DNA from: Patescibacteria group bacterium
GTDB lineage: Bacteria > Patescibacteriota > Microgenomatia > UBA8517
Reading direction: 5' to 3'
Assembly: GCA_035291665.1 (NCBI GenBank)
Contig: DATDRP010000001.1
Span: 2,569-66,568, forward strand
Length of the DNA stretch: 64,000 nucleotides
Under the pieces are notes generated by a model, which made no database searches, had not been told where the DNA came from, and saw only the letters and a program-made list of their open reading frames with translations. Positions within the stretch are counted from its first letter, which is position 1. Each line of letters opens with the position of its first letter. A program made the position numbers and the translations under genes. Positions 10,012-19,948 of the stretch are shown here, piece by piece.

Positions 10012-10872
10012 TCAGATTTTTACTTTTATGGAGGGACTCATTGAAGCTTTGAAATAAGCTTTTACGATTGTTTTTGGTCCCAAAGTCTCGAGTATCACAT
10101 TCGCATTTTCAATTAATTTTTTATCATCCATACTTTCTTTTCCGAAAGTGGTGTGGATAATCGGTGCGTCTTTTTCTGTTTTTATTGTTTTTGCGTCAGC
10201 TGAAAATTCTGAAATGGCTTTTGTATTTTTGATCAAAGTTCCATTTTTCGGATTTGGCATCATGCCTTTCGGACCAAGAAGCCGAGCAAATGGCACAAGT
10301 TTTGGCATCATATCTGCTGTTGCCAATAAAACATCAAAGTCGATCTTTCCTTTTTTAAGTTTTTCTATGGTTTTATCGTCCGCTACTTCAACTGCTCTTT
10401 GTTTACCGAATGAATTGGGGAGTGTAACGTTCACATTTACACCGGTTTTTTTGACAACCAGATGCATTTCCAAAGTACCATCAAATTTGGAAATATTTGT
10501 TTCTTTTGCAAGTTTAATAGCATCGGCAGTTGAATAAAGCTTACCCGAATCGATTTTGGCTTTCGCAGCTTTATATTTCGCTCCTCTAACGCGGATTTTC
10601 TTCTGTTTTTTATTTTCAGCTTCGGTAGTTACCGTATCTTCAACGACGACTTCTTCCGCAGGAAGCTCGGCTCCGATAACTTTGATTCTTTCGCCGCCTT
10701 TTAAGCCAAGACCTGCTACTTGAGCTTTGTCTTTCTTTTTTCCGCCATCAGCCTGAACTTTCTGCTTTGCTTCTGCTTCTGCGCGTTTTTGCTGTTTAAG
10801 TTTGTATTTATCTTCGCTGGAAAGCGCTTCTTCCGTGACGCCTCCGACGAATGCTGTTTTAGTTTTTCCCAT
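10012..10872 (-). CDS. rplA: 50S ribosomal protein L1 with long charged N-terminal extension
   Basis: KFDGTLEMH, DFDVLLAT, ARLLGPKGMMPNPKNGT; start taken at MGKTKT. Confidence 0.95.
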   Translation of the reverse strand: MGKTKTAFVGGVTEEALSSEDKYKLKQQKRAEAEAKQKVQADGGKKKDKAQVAGLGLKGGERIKVIGAELPAEEVVVEDTVTTEAENKKQKKIRVRGAKYKAAKAKIDSGKLYSTADAIKLAKETNISKFDGTLEMHLVVKKTGVNVNVTLPNSFGKQRAVEVADDKTIEKLKKGKIDFDVLLATADMMPKLVPFARLLGPKGMMPNPKNGTLIKNTKAISEFSADAKTIKTEKDAPIIHTTFGKESMDDKKLIENANVILETLGPKTIVKAYFKASMSPSIKVKI

Positions 10873-10966
10873 GATTTTTAATGTTTTTTTATAATTTTTC
10901 TTAAAAAATAAGTAAAAAATCACAAGATTAGCAGCTTTAGCTGCGCACTTATGATTCGTTTATTGG

Positions 10967-11215
10967 TTACCAAGTTACTTCTTTGTTCCTGGGACACCAG
11001 TCACAACCGTTGTGCGGGACATTTATTTGCTCTAAACCCTCAACGATGCTTTTATCAGAACTTAATATAACTTTAATCATTTTTGTTGAAGGGGGTGTAC
11101 ATGCATTTCCATCTGCTTTACAAACTAATCGAGCCCCTCCTTCTTTTCCATAAGATTCAACTTCCAAATTAGGAAATAACCCTTTCATATTCTTTGATAA
11201 TGGTATGGTATGCAT
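10967..11215 (-). CDS. small Cys-rich hypothetical protein inserted between rplK and rplA
   Basis: 82 aa; C-x5-C and CDWC. Confidence 0.45.
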   Translation of the reverse strand: MHTIPLSKNMKGLFPNLEVESYGKEGGARLVCKADGNACTPPSTKMIKVILSSDKSIVEGLEQINVPHNGCDWCPRNKEVTW

Positions 11216-11324
11216 TTTTATTTTAATAAATGTAAATACTTTTACTTTTCTACTTTCCTGCTCTTTTACTCTATTTTCACTGATTTATCTGCGTAAATCC
11301 GCTTCTAATCCGTGATAATCTTTA

Positions 11325-11747
11325 TTACTCTACTTTCACTCCCATTGATCTTGCTGTGCCTTCAACTATCTTCATCGCAGCTTCAACGTCAAGTGCATTC
11401 AGATCATCCATCTTATCTTTTGCAATTTCTTCAACCTGTTTTTTTGTTAGTGTTCCGACAATTTCTCTTGGAGTGGTGCCTGATCCTTTTTCAAGCTTAA
11501 GAACTTTTTTTATCATGTCGGCAACGGGTGCTTTTTTTGTCTCGAAAATAAAACTTCTGTCTTCAAAAATGGTAATTACTGCAGGCACAACTTCACCTTT
11601 TTGAGCTGAAGTCCTATCGTTATAAGATTTCACAAAATCCATGATCGCAACACCGTGTTGTCCCAGAGCGGTACCAACCGGCGGTGCCGGTGTTGCTTCT
11701 CCGGCTTTTAGATTAAGTTTGATTATTGTTTTTACTTTCTTGGCCAT
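11325..11747 (-). CDS. rplK: 50S ribosomal protein L11
   Basis: [27 protein letters not shown]. Confidence 0.98.
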   Translation of the reverse strand: MAKKVKTIIKLNLKAGEATPAPPVGTALGQHGVAIMDFVKSYNDRTSAQKGEVVPAVITIFEDRSFIFETKKAPVADMIKKVLKLEKGSGTTPREIVGTLTKKQVEEIAKDKMDDLNALDVEAAMKIVEGTARSMGVKVE

Positions 11748-11941
11748 ACCTAAGATATTAAAAATTAGTAATTAGAAATTAGGAATTACCGTCAGGAGAA
11801 AACATGCGTACATCGGATAAACTTCAACTTTCGATTTAGCCCTTTATTGCTGCCTATAACCTGACGGGCTTAACCTCCCTCGAAAGTCCTTCGAGGTAGT
11901 GCTATTATATTATTAATCGTTTTTTTAGTAAAGAGGAATGT

Positions 11942-12403
11942 ATGGTAAATAATGAACCCGGTAAAGAAGTTGATAATAATCCAGCCATTATAGACCAGGG
12001 CAAGCAAATGAAAGTTCAAATTGACCTGGGTACTACAAATGAAATATGGCGGCAATCGGGAGCTGATTCCTTAAAAATCGAGAATGACAAGGAAATCAGA
12101 TATCAAGCAGTCCCTTTTTCTTATGGGTCTAATGGTGAAATAGTACAAGTTAATAACTTTCTGATTCCAGCAAACATAGGGATCGGTGAATATGGATCGG
12201 TAAAAGTTGGAAAAATAGTACCAGGTGATGATCGCGAAGGAGAGTTTTTGATTTTAAGTGACGTTAAAGATAATGTAATGCCACTATTAAAATTCGTAAA
12301 AAGAATTGAGGAGTTTAATAGGGTAATTGCCATTACACACGGAAAAGAGAATTACTTTGATCCTACAAAGAAAATTTTGATTGATCTTCCGAAAGAAAAA
12401 TAA
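11942..12403 (+). CDS. hypothetical protein
   Basis: 153 aa ORF, GAGG RBS. Confidence 0.55.
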   Translation: MVNNEPGKEVDNNPAIIDQGKQMKVQIDLGTTNEIWRQSGADSLKIENDKEIRYQAVPFSYGSNGEIVQVNNFLIPANIGIGEYGSVKVGKIVPGDDREGEFLILSDVKDNVMPLLKFVKRIEEFNRVIAITHGKENYFDPTKKILIDLPKEK

Positions 12404-12404
12404 A

Positions 12405-12761
12405 ATGTCATATTGCGACAGACCTGGTGTATACCTGCGGGGAAGAGAAATTTGTATAAATTGCTCACCCGGAAGACGGGGTGAAGTTGCCAAAATAGTG
12501 AATCAGACAAGAATTTATTATTTACCCCACACTATCGAATCTGTAGTTGTAATTGCCAGAAAAATATATGAACAGAGGGTTGCAGCTGGAGACCAGGCTT
12601 TTAGTACTGTTGAACAAGAAACTGCCGATTTAGTTAAAGCAGAAGCCCTATTAAAATCTTACATTTCTGAAAACGGAAAACATGAAGTTAATAACGAAGG
12701 TGAAAGAACTAAAGAAATATGTACTGCGTTAGAAGATAGAAGAAATGGGAATGGCAGGTAA
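12405..12761 (+). CDS. small Cys-containing hypothetical protein
   Basis: Start taken at MSYCDRP; CINC motif. Confidence 0.5.
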   Translation: MSYCDRPGVYLRGREICINCSPGRRGEVAKIVNQTRIYYLPHTIESVVVIARKIYEQRVAAGDQAFSTVEQETADLVKAEALLKSYISENGKHEVNNEGERTKEICTALEDRRNGNGR

Positions 12762-12772
12762 TTTTTACTAAA

Positions 12773-13087
12773 CTAAGATTTTGGATCTGGGTCGATCAGT
12801 TCACCGTTGGATTCTTTCTGTGAAGTAATTTCTTGGATGCGATTATATAATTTTGAAGCACACGCGCAACCCTTACCTGCTTCGACTCTCAATCTTTTCA
12901 CATAGTTATTCCAAGATTCTCTTGGCCAAAAAGGTCCGTTACCAAATCGTTCAAATGAGGAAGTTCTGGCTCCACCAGTCTGGCTTTGACCAATAAATTC
13001 TCTCGAAAGACTACAACCCGTAAGTCCTTCTTTTGGGTCACATAGGCCTAACTTACCATATTGGTGCTTACACTCTATTTCAGGCAT
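12773..13087 (-). CDS. small Cys-rich hypothetical protein
   Basis: 104 aa; TATAAT 6 nt before ATG. Confidence 0.55.
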   Translation of the reverse strand: MPEIECKHQYGKLGLCDPKEGLTGCSLSREFIGQSQTGGARTSSFERFGNGPFWPRESWNNYVKRLRVEAGKGCACASKLYNRIQEITSQKESNGELIDPDPKS

Positions 13088-13248
13088 GGGAATATTATAT
13101 AATTTTATTTTAAGTACTTCAACCTATAACAATAATTAATTATACTTTTGTAATCCGGAGTAAATCCAATTCAATCCAACTAATCTTATCTTTTGTCTTT
13201 ACGTTCTGTTCGAAAACGACTCAAGATGCGATTTTAGATGGATTTTCA

Positions 13249-13860
13249 CTAGACTTTAGTAATTTGTAACAAGTCTAGCTCGACCGGAGTTTCGCGGCCG
13301 AATATCGAAACCAGGACTTTAACTTTTCCTTTTTCCTCGTCAATTTCGGAAATTGATCCCAAAAAGTCGGAGAAAGGTCCGTCGGTAATTTTGACGGCCT
13401 CACCCTGGGAAAATCTGGTTTTAAACCGCTTTGCAGGGGTAGATACGAACTTTTGGATATTATCGACTTCTTTTTCAGATAGTGCTGTAGGAGCGTTACC
13501 TGAACCGACAAATCCGGTAACTCCCGGGGTTGTTCGGACGGCGAGCCAAGTCGGATCGTCAAGAACCATCTTAACAAGCATATAACCGGGGAATATTTTT
13601 TCTTTTACATTAGCCTTTTTTCCACCGCGTATGATAACCCGATCCTGAGTGGGGATCATGAGTTCAAAAATATTTTTCTCCAAACTCATTGTCTCAACCC
13701 TTTGACGGAGAGTTTCTGCAACCCGTGCTTCGTGGCCGGATGAGGTGTGAACCACATACCACTTTGCCAATGGGTCATCCGTTTTGGAAATAACGATGTG
13801 GCCGGGGATTTTTTTACTCCCGGTTCCTCGTTCGTCGACGCTTTTGTCTGTGTCGTTCAT
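13249..13860 (-). CDS. nusG: Transcription termination/antitermination factor NusG
   Basis: WYVVHT, IFPGYMLV, VRTTPGVTGFVG, KOW GPFSDF, IFGRETPVEL. Confidence 0.98.
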   Translation of the reverse strand: MNDTDKSVDERGTGSKKIPGHIVISKTDDPLAKWYVVHTSSGHEARVAETLRQRVETMSLEKNIFELMIPTQDRVIIRGGKKANVKEKIFPGYMLVKMVLDDPTWLAVRTTPGVTGFVGSGNAPTALSEKEVDNIQKFVSTPAKRFKTRFSQGEAVKITDGPFSDFLGSISEIDEEKGKVKVLVSIFGRETPVELDLLQITKV

Positions 13861-13864
13861 ATTT

Positions 13865-14089
13865 TTAAGCTTTAAGCAGATATTCGATTGCTTTTACAAA
13901 TATAAAATCAAGCCCTCCAAGGTATACCGCAACAATCGCCGAGAACACAAATACAACCATAGTAAGCCTTATAACTTCAGCTTTTTTTGGCCATACAACT
14001 TTTGATAACTCGACTCTAACCTCGCGTATGAATTCAATAGCTGCTTTCACAACAACAAGAATTTTAACAAAATAAGCGTAAATAAGCAA
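13865..14089 (-). CDS. secE: Preprotein translocase subunit SecE
   Basis: FIREVRVELSKVVWP plus one TM helix, upstream of nusG; exact start uncertain. Confidence 0.93.
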   Translation of the reverse strand: MLIYAYFVKILVVVKAAIEFIREVRVELSKVVWPKKAEVIRLTMVVFVFSAIVAVYLGGLDFIFVKAIEYLLKA

Positions 14090-14156
14090 TAAACATTAGA
14101 AGTTAGTGCAGAAAGAAAAGCGAAAAGTAAAATGAGTTTAAAATTACTATATTAAC

Positions 14157-14179
14157 CGTACAAGGACAGTCCTTGTACG
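14157..14179. repeat. Perfect 11-1-11 palindrome (REP-like or operator)
   Basis: cgtacaaggac-a-gtccttgtacg in the divergent secE/ORF intergenic region. Confidence 0.6.
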
Positions 14180-14263
14180 TAAAAGGAGTATTTACGAAAA
14201 GCGGGGTATCTTAAATCAACCATTTCTGAAATTTTGATCTGGGATGGTATAATGTTGGAAAAC

Positions 14264-14806
14264 ATGAGATCCGAAAGAAGATCCTCCAGAATCAGAACGA
14301 GAAGCCTTAGGTTATTCGGTCATCCGGTTTTTGAGGTAGAAGAGACTGTCAAAGAGCCAGACGGGATAAAAGCTGAATTAAAGGGAGACAGGTCGGTGGT
14401 ATTAACTTACCCAGGTGGAGATACGGAAACAATTACATCAAACGTTCCTGTACCTAAACAAGTAATAGATAAAACTGAAATTGCGGCTCTTATAACAACA
14501 AAACTGGCCTTGAACGATGCATTTTCGGACGAGCGAAGCGGAGTCGATCAGGTGGGTTTTGTAACGCAGGAAGATGCGGAAGTGCCTGATCTACCCGAAA
14601 ATAACCGACAACACTATAAAGATGCGTTGGAATGGGCGGGAAATTATTTAAAAGCAATTAAGACAAAAGGCAAACCGAAATGGACACCTGAAACTATAGC
14701 TGAATATTGGGTAGGATCCAATAAATTTGCAAGTAATTTCCCGGAAGAAGACAAACTACGAGCAACTTATAGGTTAGCCAACACTCTACGTGAGTTCTTC
14801 AATTGA
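14264..14806 (+). CDS. hypothetical protein
   Basis: ~180 aa ORF; TATAAT upstream; start uncertain. Confidence 0.55.
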   Translation: MRSERRSSRIRTRSLRLFGHPVFEVEETVKEPDGIKAELKGDRSVVLTYPGGDTETITSNVPVPKQVIDKTEIAALITTKLALNDAFSDERSGVDQVGFVTQEDAEVPDLPENNRQHYKDALEWAGNYLKAIKTKGKPKWTPETIAEYWVGSNKFASNFPEEDKLRATYRLANTLREFFN

Positions 14807-14814
14807 GATTAATC

Positions 14815-15105
14815 CTATGGCTTCGGAGTAAACTGATCCGTGGAACAAAGTGCCCCTTCCATAATTCTTGCGAAATTTATTTGTGTAATTCTATTCCTGC
14901 TTAGATCGCAGGGTTTACACCTTTCACCAATTCTGTAAGAAATTGTAAAATTCTCATCATCGATTTGAATATCCTTGTCGGTTGGTACCAAGTGGCTGAC
15001 AATACTTCCAAATCTACCCCAAGGATCTATTTTTTTTACACGAAAATATAAACAATCTTTGCAGGAACCGGGAGGTTTTTCGTATTCACTCATTACAAGT
15101 GACAT
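14815..15105 (-). CDS. small Cys-rich hypothetical protein
   Basis: CKDC, CKPC motifs. Confidence 0.5.
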   Translation of the reverse strand: MSLVMSEYEKPPGSCKDCLYFRVKKIDPWGRFGSIVSHLVPTDKDIQIDDENFTISYRIGERCKPCDLSRNRITQINFARIMEGALCSTDQFTPKP

Positions 15106-15188
15106 AAATTAATAAAAGAATTATAACTTATGATTATAACTTATTCTGTTGTACGATTTACAAAACCAGTATTGATATTTTGAATCAA

Positions 15189-15506
15189 TCATTCTGTGAA
15201 AAAGGTATTCTTTTTGTTCTTCTTCAGATTAATTCTACCGATGTCATAAGCTGCAAGAATTACCTCTCTGGCTGCATCATATTTAACGAATTGAACCGGT
15301 CTTGCGGTGCAGTTTTCGTCTTTAACAACTGATGACAAGGTAAAGTTTATTAATTGACGGCACCCCCTGAAAAATACTTTATATTTCAGTAGTGGGTTGA
15401 GTCCGTCTGGGGAAATACCCAACGCTTTCAATTCGTCTACGCTTTTCCAACTTGGTACGGCGAGTGCACAATTATTGCAATTTTGTTCCGAACGGTCAAT
15501 TTTCAT
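15189..15506 (-). CDS. small Cys-rich hypothetical protein
   Basis: CNNC motif; start taken at MKIDRS. Confidence 0.45.
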   Translation of the reverse strand: MKIDRSEQNCNNCALAVPSWKSVDELKALGISPDGLNPLLKYKVFFRGCRQLINFTLSSVVKDENCTARPVQFVKYDAAREVILAAYDIGRINLKKNKKNTFFTE

Positions 15507-15622
15507 TTGAATTATTATAATAAAAGATTTGAAGTTGGCAAGGGGAGTTAGATCCAAATTCAATATTTGTATTCGTTTACTTAATATCCTAATATCTTCA
15601 GTAAGTAAATCCCTATTTGAAT

Positions 15623-16381
15623 ATGGTATGTCCGAATTTTAAATTTGAAAAAAGCATTTGGAAAAATGGATACCGAATTATAGCCGGTTGTGATGAAGTT
15701 GGAAGGGGGTCAATTGCCGGACCGGTAGTAGCAGGGTGTGTGGTTTATGACAAAAGTCAGATATCAGGTTTTAGTAGTCCGGTATTAGTTAACAAAAAAA
15801 CCGATTACAGAAATCTGAAAACTGAAAAACCGGTTTTTATAAATGATTCGAAAAAACTTACTCAAAAACAACGAGAAACGGCTAGAATATGGATAAAAAA
15901 GCATTGTCTGGTTTACGGAATCGGAACAGCTTCATCCAAAGTTATTGATAAAAAGGGGATCGTAAAAGCGACTGAAAAAGCTTTTCGCAGGGCAATTTCT
16001 TCAGCCGAAACCAAATTGGGAAAAAAGATTGAATTCTTATTGGTAGACGCATTTTATATCCCTTATATAAAAGGAATACCCATGGCAAGGAAGCGCTATC
16101 GTAGGGGAAAACTTTCAAATGGTGAGATAGACTTTATATCCCGACAGACGGCAATTATAGATGGTGATCAAAAGTCTTTTTCCATCGCTTCGGCTTCGAT
16201 TATAGCGAAAGTCTTTCGGGATAGTCTTATGGTCAGATTGAGTCAGGATCCAAGATATAAAAAATACGGCTGGGATAAAAATAAAGGCTATGGTTCAAAA
16301 CTGCATCGGGAAATGATTCTTAATAAAGGCATATCAACCCATCACAGAAAAAGCTTTTGTTCTAAGTTAATTTCAAATTGA
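15623..16381 (+). CDS. rnhB: Ribonuclease HII
   Basis: GCDEVGRGSIAGPV, NDSKKL, LVDA, SIASASIIAKVFRD, KGYG, HRKSF. Confidence 0.96.
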   Translation: MVCPNFKFEKSIWKNGYRIIAGCDEVGRGSIAGPVVAGCVVYDKSQISGFSSPVLVNKKTDYRNLKTEKPVFINDSKKLTQKQRETARIWIKKHCLVYGIGTASSKVIDKKGIVKATEKAFRRAISSAETKLGKKIEFLLVDAFYIPYIKGIPMARKRYRRGKLSNGEIDFISRQTAIIDGDQKSFSIASASIIAKVFRDSLMVRLSQDPRYKKYGWDKNKGYGSKLHREMILNKGISTHHRKSFCSKLISN

Positions 16382-16500
16382 CTGGTAGGATTAAGTTGAA
16401 AACCGCGTACTACGAACCAAAAAACAAAACCCCACGCTGGAGAAATTATTGAATCATTCAAGATCTTTTCTCTTTTTTTATCTTCGCTTTACTCTTAGGA

Positions 16501-16695
16501 TCAACCCTTCCTTTTTTTCTCAAGGTCAATTTTGTGCTGTTTGGCGTATTTTTGTTCTTTTCTTTTTTCGGACGGAGTCTTGTAGCGTACCCGGTCACGA
16601 AATTCCTGTAGGATACCAGAGAAGGTAACCACTTTCTTGAATCTCGCTATGAGTTTGTCGTCTGATTCGCCTTTTTTCTTTTTGACAATGACCAT
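16501..16695 (-). CDS. rpsU: 30S ribosomal protein S21
   Basis: ESDDKLIARFKK...GILQEFRDRVRYKTPSEKRK. Confidence 0.88.
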   Translation of the reverse strand: MVIVKKKKGESDDKLIARFKKVVTFSGILQEFRDRVRYKTPSEKRKEQKYAKQHKIDLEKKRKG

Positions 16696-16908
16696 AAAAG
16701 ATCGCCTCCTCTCTCAATAAGCATGTATTTTTATGGAAAAAATATTGCATATTATATCACCTGCCTCCTATTTTAACAGATTTGTAAAGAGAAAACTTAC
16801 GCGCTAGTTAAGAGTAAAAAGCGAATAGAGAGTTGCTCAATGTTTGAAGAATTGAGCAAAATTCCGCATTTTACTTTCAGTATAAATGTTGTATTTTCAT
16901 AAATAGTA

Positions 16909-17727
16909 ATGACAAAGAAAGAAGTTCCCGGACAGTTCAGCTTCGTAGTTGAGGGTGTGGTGGTTCCTCAGATTCAAAGCATTCAAGATCTGCCGGACGG
17001 AAAAGAAATAGCAAAGATTACTGAATCCCGAAAACTTTGGCATTCAGATAGGACGAATGACTTTTCTTTTTATCACGACACTCGAAGAGGGGGGTCGTTA
17101 AAAGTGTTCCGTATGGATAGTTGGCAGATTGATACACCGGTAGGTGAAGATAAAAAAGTAAACGGTGCTGTGATTGTCACACCAACTATTAATTACAGAA
17201 CAATTGAATTAATCAGCCAAAAAATTGAAGATTATTCGCAAAAGTTGAGTAGAAATAGCCCTTTCTTTATTTTCGAAGAAAAAAATGATGAAACTTTAAA
17301 AACCGAGGAAAAATTGACCCTTCTTAAAAATATGGGATTACACGAGAAACACTTTCTTTCCGGTGTTAGTTCTTCGTTTAATTTGCTTGAATCCAGAACT
17401 GAAAAACCAAGAAAAGGAAGAAAGAGTGTAAATCTTCTGGATGCGGAAAAGCACCCCAAAGCTTATCAAACAGCTACCCGAGTCTGGCGGGAAATGGTAA
17501 AGGATTATCAAAAAAGACACTTTTCAATTGTTGATGCCGAGAATTCTCCGATATTGCAGCGAATGCGTAATTCGAAAAATCCTCCGGCTGACTATCAATT
17601 GTTAAGACATGGGTGTGGAGTCAGAGTGAAAAATGAATTTTGCGGTTGTACATATGATATCGATTTTCGCGGTGATGAGCATTCTTTTTGGTTATGCCCT
17701 AACCATAATAATAAACATGAAGATTAA
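16909..17727 (+). CDS. hypothetical protein with C-terminal Cys/His cluster
   Basis: 272 aa; CG...FCGC...LCPNH tail. Confidence 0.55.
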   Translation: MTKKEVPGQFSFVVEGVVVPQIQSIQDLPDGKEIAKITESRKLWHSDRTNDFSFYHDTRRGGSLKVFRMDSWQIDTPVGEDKKVNGAVIVTPTINYRTIELISQKIEDYSQKLSRNSPFFIFEEKNDETLKTEEKLTLLKNMGLHEKHFLSGVSSSFNLLESRTEKPRKGRKSVNLLDAEKHPKAYQTATRVWREMVKDYQKRHFSIVDAENSPILQRMRNSKNPPADYQLLRHGCGVRVKNEFCGCTYDIDFRGDEHSFWLCPNHNNKHED

Positions 17728-17957
17728 TTATTGCCAAATTCAGGTCCTTGAGGTTCACCCGACATTTCTTTTCTAAGTTGTCTCCATTTTTCACCCATTC
17801 TTATTTGTTCTTTTAATTTCAGCTCAGCTTTTACAACCTCTGCTTCAGTTACAACCCTATGGGGAAAAACGAGTTCTTCATTAATTATTGTAATTTGTCT
17901 ATGGATGTAATCGGGGTTGTTAAATTTATTTTCGTACGTCACAAATATTTGTATCAT
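17724..17957 (-). CDS. hypothetical protein
   Basis: 77 aa ORF. Confidence 0.4.
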   Translation of the reverse strand: MIQIFVTYENKFNNPDYIHRQITIINEELVFPHRVVTEAEVVKAELKLKEQIRMGEKWRQLRKEMSGEPQGPEFGNN

Positions 17958-18030
17958 TTAATTAAAAACGAAAAAAAGGCTTGAAAATAGTGAAAATAGT
18001 AAGTTATAATATTGACTCGTGTTTGCAACA

Positions 18031-18270
18031 ATGAATACATTTTTCGGAAAACAAATTTTTGTTACCCTCGTTCTTGGCTATAACAGATTTCAAGAAAACC
18101 ACCGAGTTTGACTCGGTGAATGAATTGAATTCTGATATGTCATCCTCCTTTCGAGGAAAAACCCGAGTCTGACTCGGGGGAGGATGTCATTGGATGAGCC
18201 AAGAGGAGGCTTGTGTTTAGTTAATAATAAACAAATATTTTTACACAAACCTCCGAAAGGGGGTTTTTTA
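18031..18270 (+). promoter_or_regulatory. Leader-peptide attenuator-like region (interrupted by MITE)
   Basis: uORF from ATG 18031; alternative stems gaggcttgtgt/acacaaacctc versus terminator aacctcc-gaaa-gggggtttttt. Confidence 0.55.
18082..18190 (+). mobile_element. Non-autonomous IS200/IS605-end element
   Basis: caagaaaaccaccgagtttgactcggtgaatgaattg ... ccgagtctgactcgggggaggatgtcat. Confidence 0.75.
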
Positions 18271-18300
18271 GTTTAAAAAAGTTAGTTGGGAGGTGAAAGC

Positions 18301-18501
18301 ATGAAGCGCGAACAAAAAAACACACGTACAATTTTAGAGACTCTGGCAGAGCAACAATTTGATGGGAAAATTACCAAATTTGAAATAATTGTTGGTAAAA
18401 CTCGTATTGGTACCGATCCTGTTTCCGATTGCGGCGTGCATGCCACAACCGGTATAAAAGTAACTTACAAAGACGGTTCAGAAGAATTAGTAGTACGTTG
18501 A
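18301..18501 (+). CDS. small hypothetical protein downstream of attenuator
   Basis: GGAGGTG RBS before ATG 18301. Confidence 0.55.
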   Translation: MKREQKNTRTILETLAEQQFDGKITKFEIIVGKTRIGTDPVSDCGVHATTGIKVTYKDGSEELVVR

Positions 18502-18504
18502 ATA

Positions 18505-18915
18505 TTATTGTTGTAGCTTCAGATCTAATGGTTTTGGAGTTGGAGTGTTTGTAGGTTTGAGTTTCAAATCCTGATCTCCAAGTTTGAATGTGGGTTTGGC
18601 TTGAATCTTGGTCGGTGTAGGTGTTTGCGTTTGAAGATTACCCGAAGCAGTCGAGGTGGGTGTCGGAGTTTGGGTTGGTGTAACCAAAAATTGGTCCGTT
18701 TCACCGAGGGTGTTAAGAGTGGATGTGGGTGTCGGCAGGTTTTCGGTTTTTTTATCAGTCGATTTGGATCCGAAGAAATAAGCACCCCCGCCAACGATAA
18801 CCAGTATCAGGAAGAATATTATTCCAAGAAGCGCTTTATTAATTCCTTCTGAATTTTGATTATCGGTATTGTCCGGAGCAGATTCTTGAGCGGGTACGAT
18901 TTGTTCGTCTTCCAT
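18505..18915 (-). CDS. single-pass membrane protein with Pro/Thr-rich extracellular tail
   Basis: TM helix then PTPT repeats; start taken at MEDEQ. Confidence 0.65.
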   Translation of the reverse strand: MEDEQIVPAQESAPDNTDNQNSEGINKALLGIIFFLILVIVGGGAYFFGSKSTDKKTENLPTPTSTLNTLGETDQFLVTPTQTPTPTSTASGNLQTQTPTPTKIQAKPTFKLGDQDLKLKPTNTPTPKPLDLKLQQ

Positions 18916-18983
18916 ATCTGGGAAACATAATAATATAGTTTTTTCGAATAGGCAAGAGGGGATCAATAATGGGAATATAGAGA

Positions 18984-19805
18984 TTAGAGACCGGGAAGCC
19001 TGAATATTTGAATTCCGAACAAATTAAGCACATAGGCCGAAAAGATGATAAGAAACAGTCCGGAGACCGCAGCTGTCAAAAGACTTTTTGCGGCTTTGAT
19101 TTTGTTTGGATCTCCTCCGGAAGTGGCAAACTGGAATCCTGAATATACAATTAATAGGAATGTGATTCCTCCACCGATTCCGAGCGACCACCGTAAAACG
19201 AAAATTATGAGCTGAAGTGTGTCATTTGCCGGAATACAACCGATAGCTGAGTTTATTCCAATCACACCCAACGCCCACCCCGGAGTACACAATGTCGTCA
19301 TTGCAGGTCTTGGAATGTTTGGAACCGTAGTTAGTGGAAGACAGTAAGCATTGCATTCGTTTAAATTCGCAAAACAATTGCCGGTATTGGGGGCGCAGGA
19401 AAAGGGAGCTTCAATACATGCATCATAGGAAACTGCACCGCCCGGATTGGCACATAAATATCTTCTTGGTATCGGAGTTGGGGTGGGTGTATTGGTTGGA
19501 CCCGGTGTTGGGGTGGGAGTGTTTGTGGGACCGGGTGGACCGCCGCATGGTCTACAACCATTGGCAACGGAATTTGAACATCCGCCAACTTCACAATCTA
19601 ATGGTCCAATTCCTCCGGAAAGGTTACCGCACCTACAAATACAGCAGACTTCTCCTCCTCCGCACGACCAGCATCCACCCCACCCATCATTTATACAAGC
19701 ATTAACATCGCACGATTGAGCATTAGTAATTGTTGGCAATTTCACAAAAAAGAAAGAAATAAAAATGAATAAAATCAACACACTCCTGAAGAACATTCCT
19801 TTCAT
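18984..19805 (-). CDS. Cys-rich secreted protein with C-terminal CPR pilin (TrbC/VirB2-like) domain
   Basis: Signal peptide, Cys/Gly-rich domain, PT linker, C-terminal IGGGITFLLIVYSGFQFATSGGDPNKIKAAKSLLTAAVSGL. Confidence 0.7.
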   Translation of the reverse strand: MKGMFFRSVLILFIFISFFFVKLPTITNAQSCDVNACINDGWGGCWSCGGGEVCCICRCGNLSGGIGPLDCEVGGCSNSVANGCRPCGGPPGPTNTPTPTPGPTNTPTPTPIPRRYLCANPGGAVSYDACIEAPFSCAPNTGNCFANLNECNAYCLPLTTVPNIPRPAMTTLCTPGWALGVIGINSAIGCIPANDTLQLIIFVLRWSLGIGGGITFLLIVYSGFQFATSGGDPNKIKAAKSLLTAAVSGLFLIIFSAYVLNLFGIQIFRLPGL

Positions 19806-19948
19806 TAATAAAATTCTAACATTTTTACACTAACCTTTGCGAGAATGTTTCGCAGTTGACAGAAGTGTGGAGTTGCGCCTATCATCGATAACCCGCAGCT
19901 GCTCCTTGGGGGATACTATTGTAATAATCTGAATAAAAATTAAAAATC

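Noticed and set aside
19856-19915. Possible riboswitch upstream of ORF 19949
   Set aside because: Better explained as a TTGACA/TATCAT promoter; no known aptamer motif.
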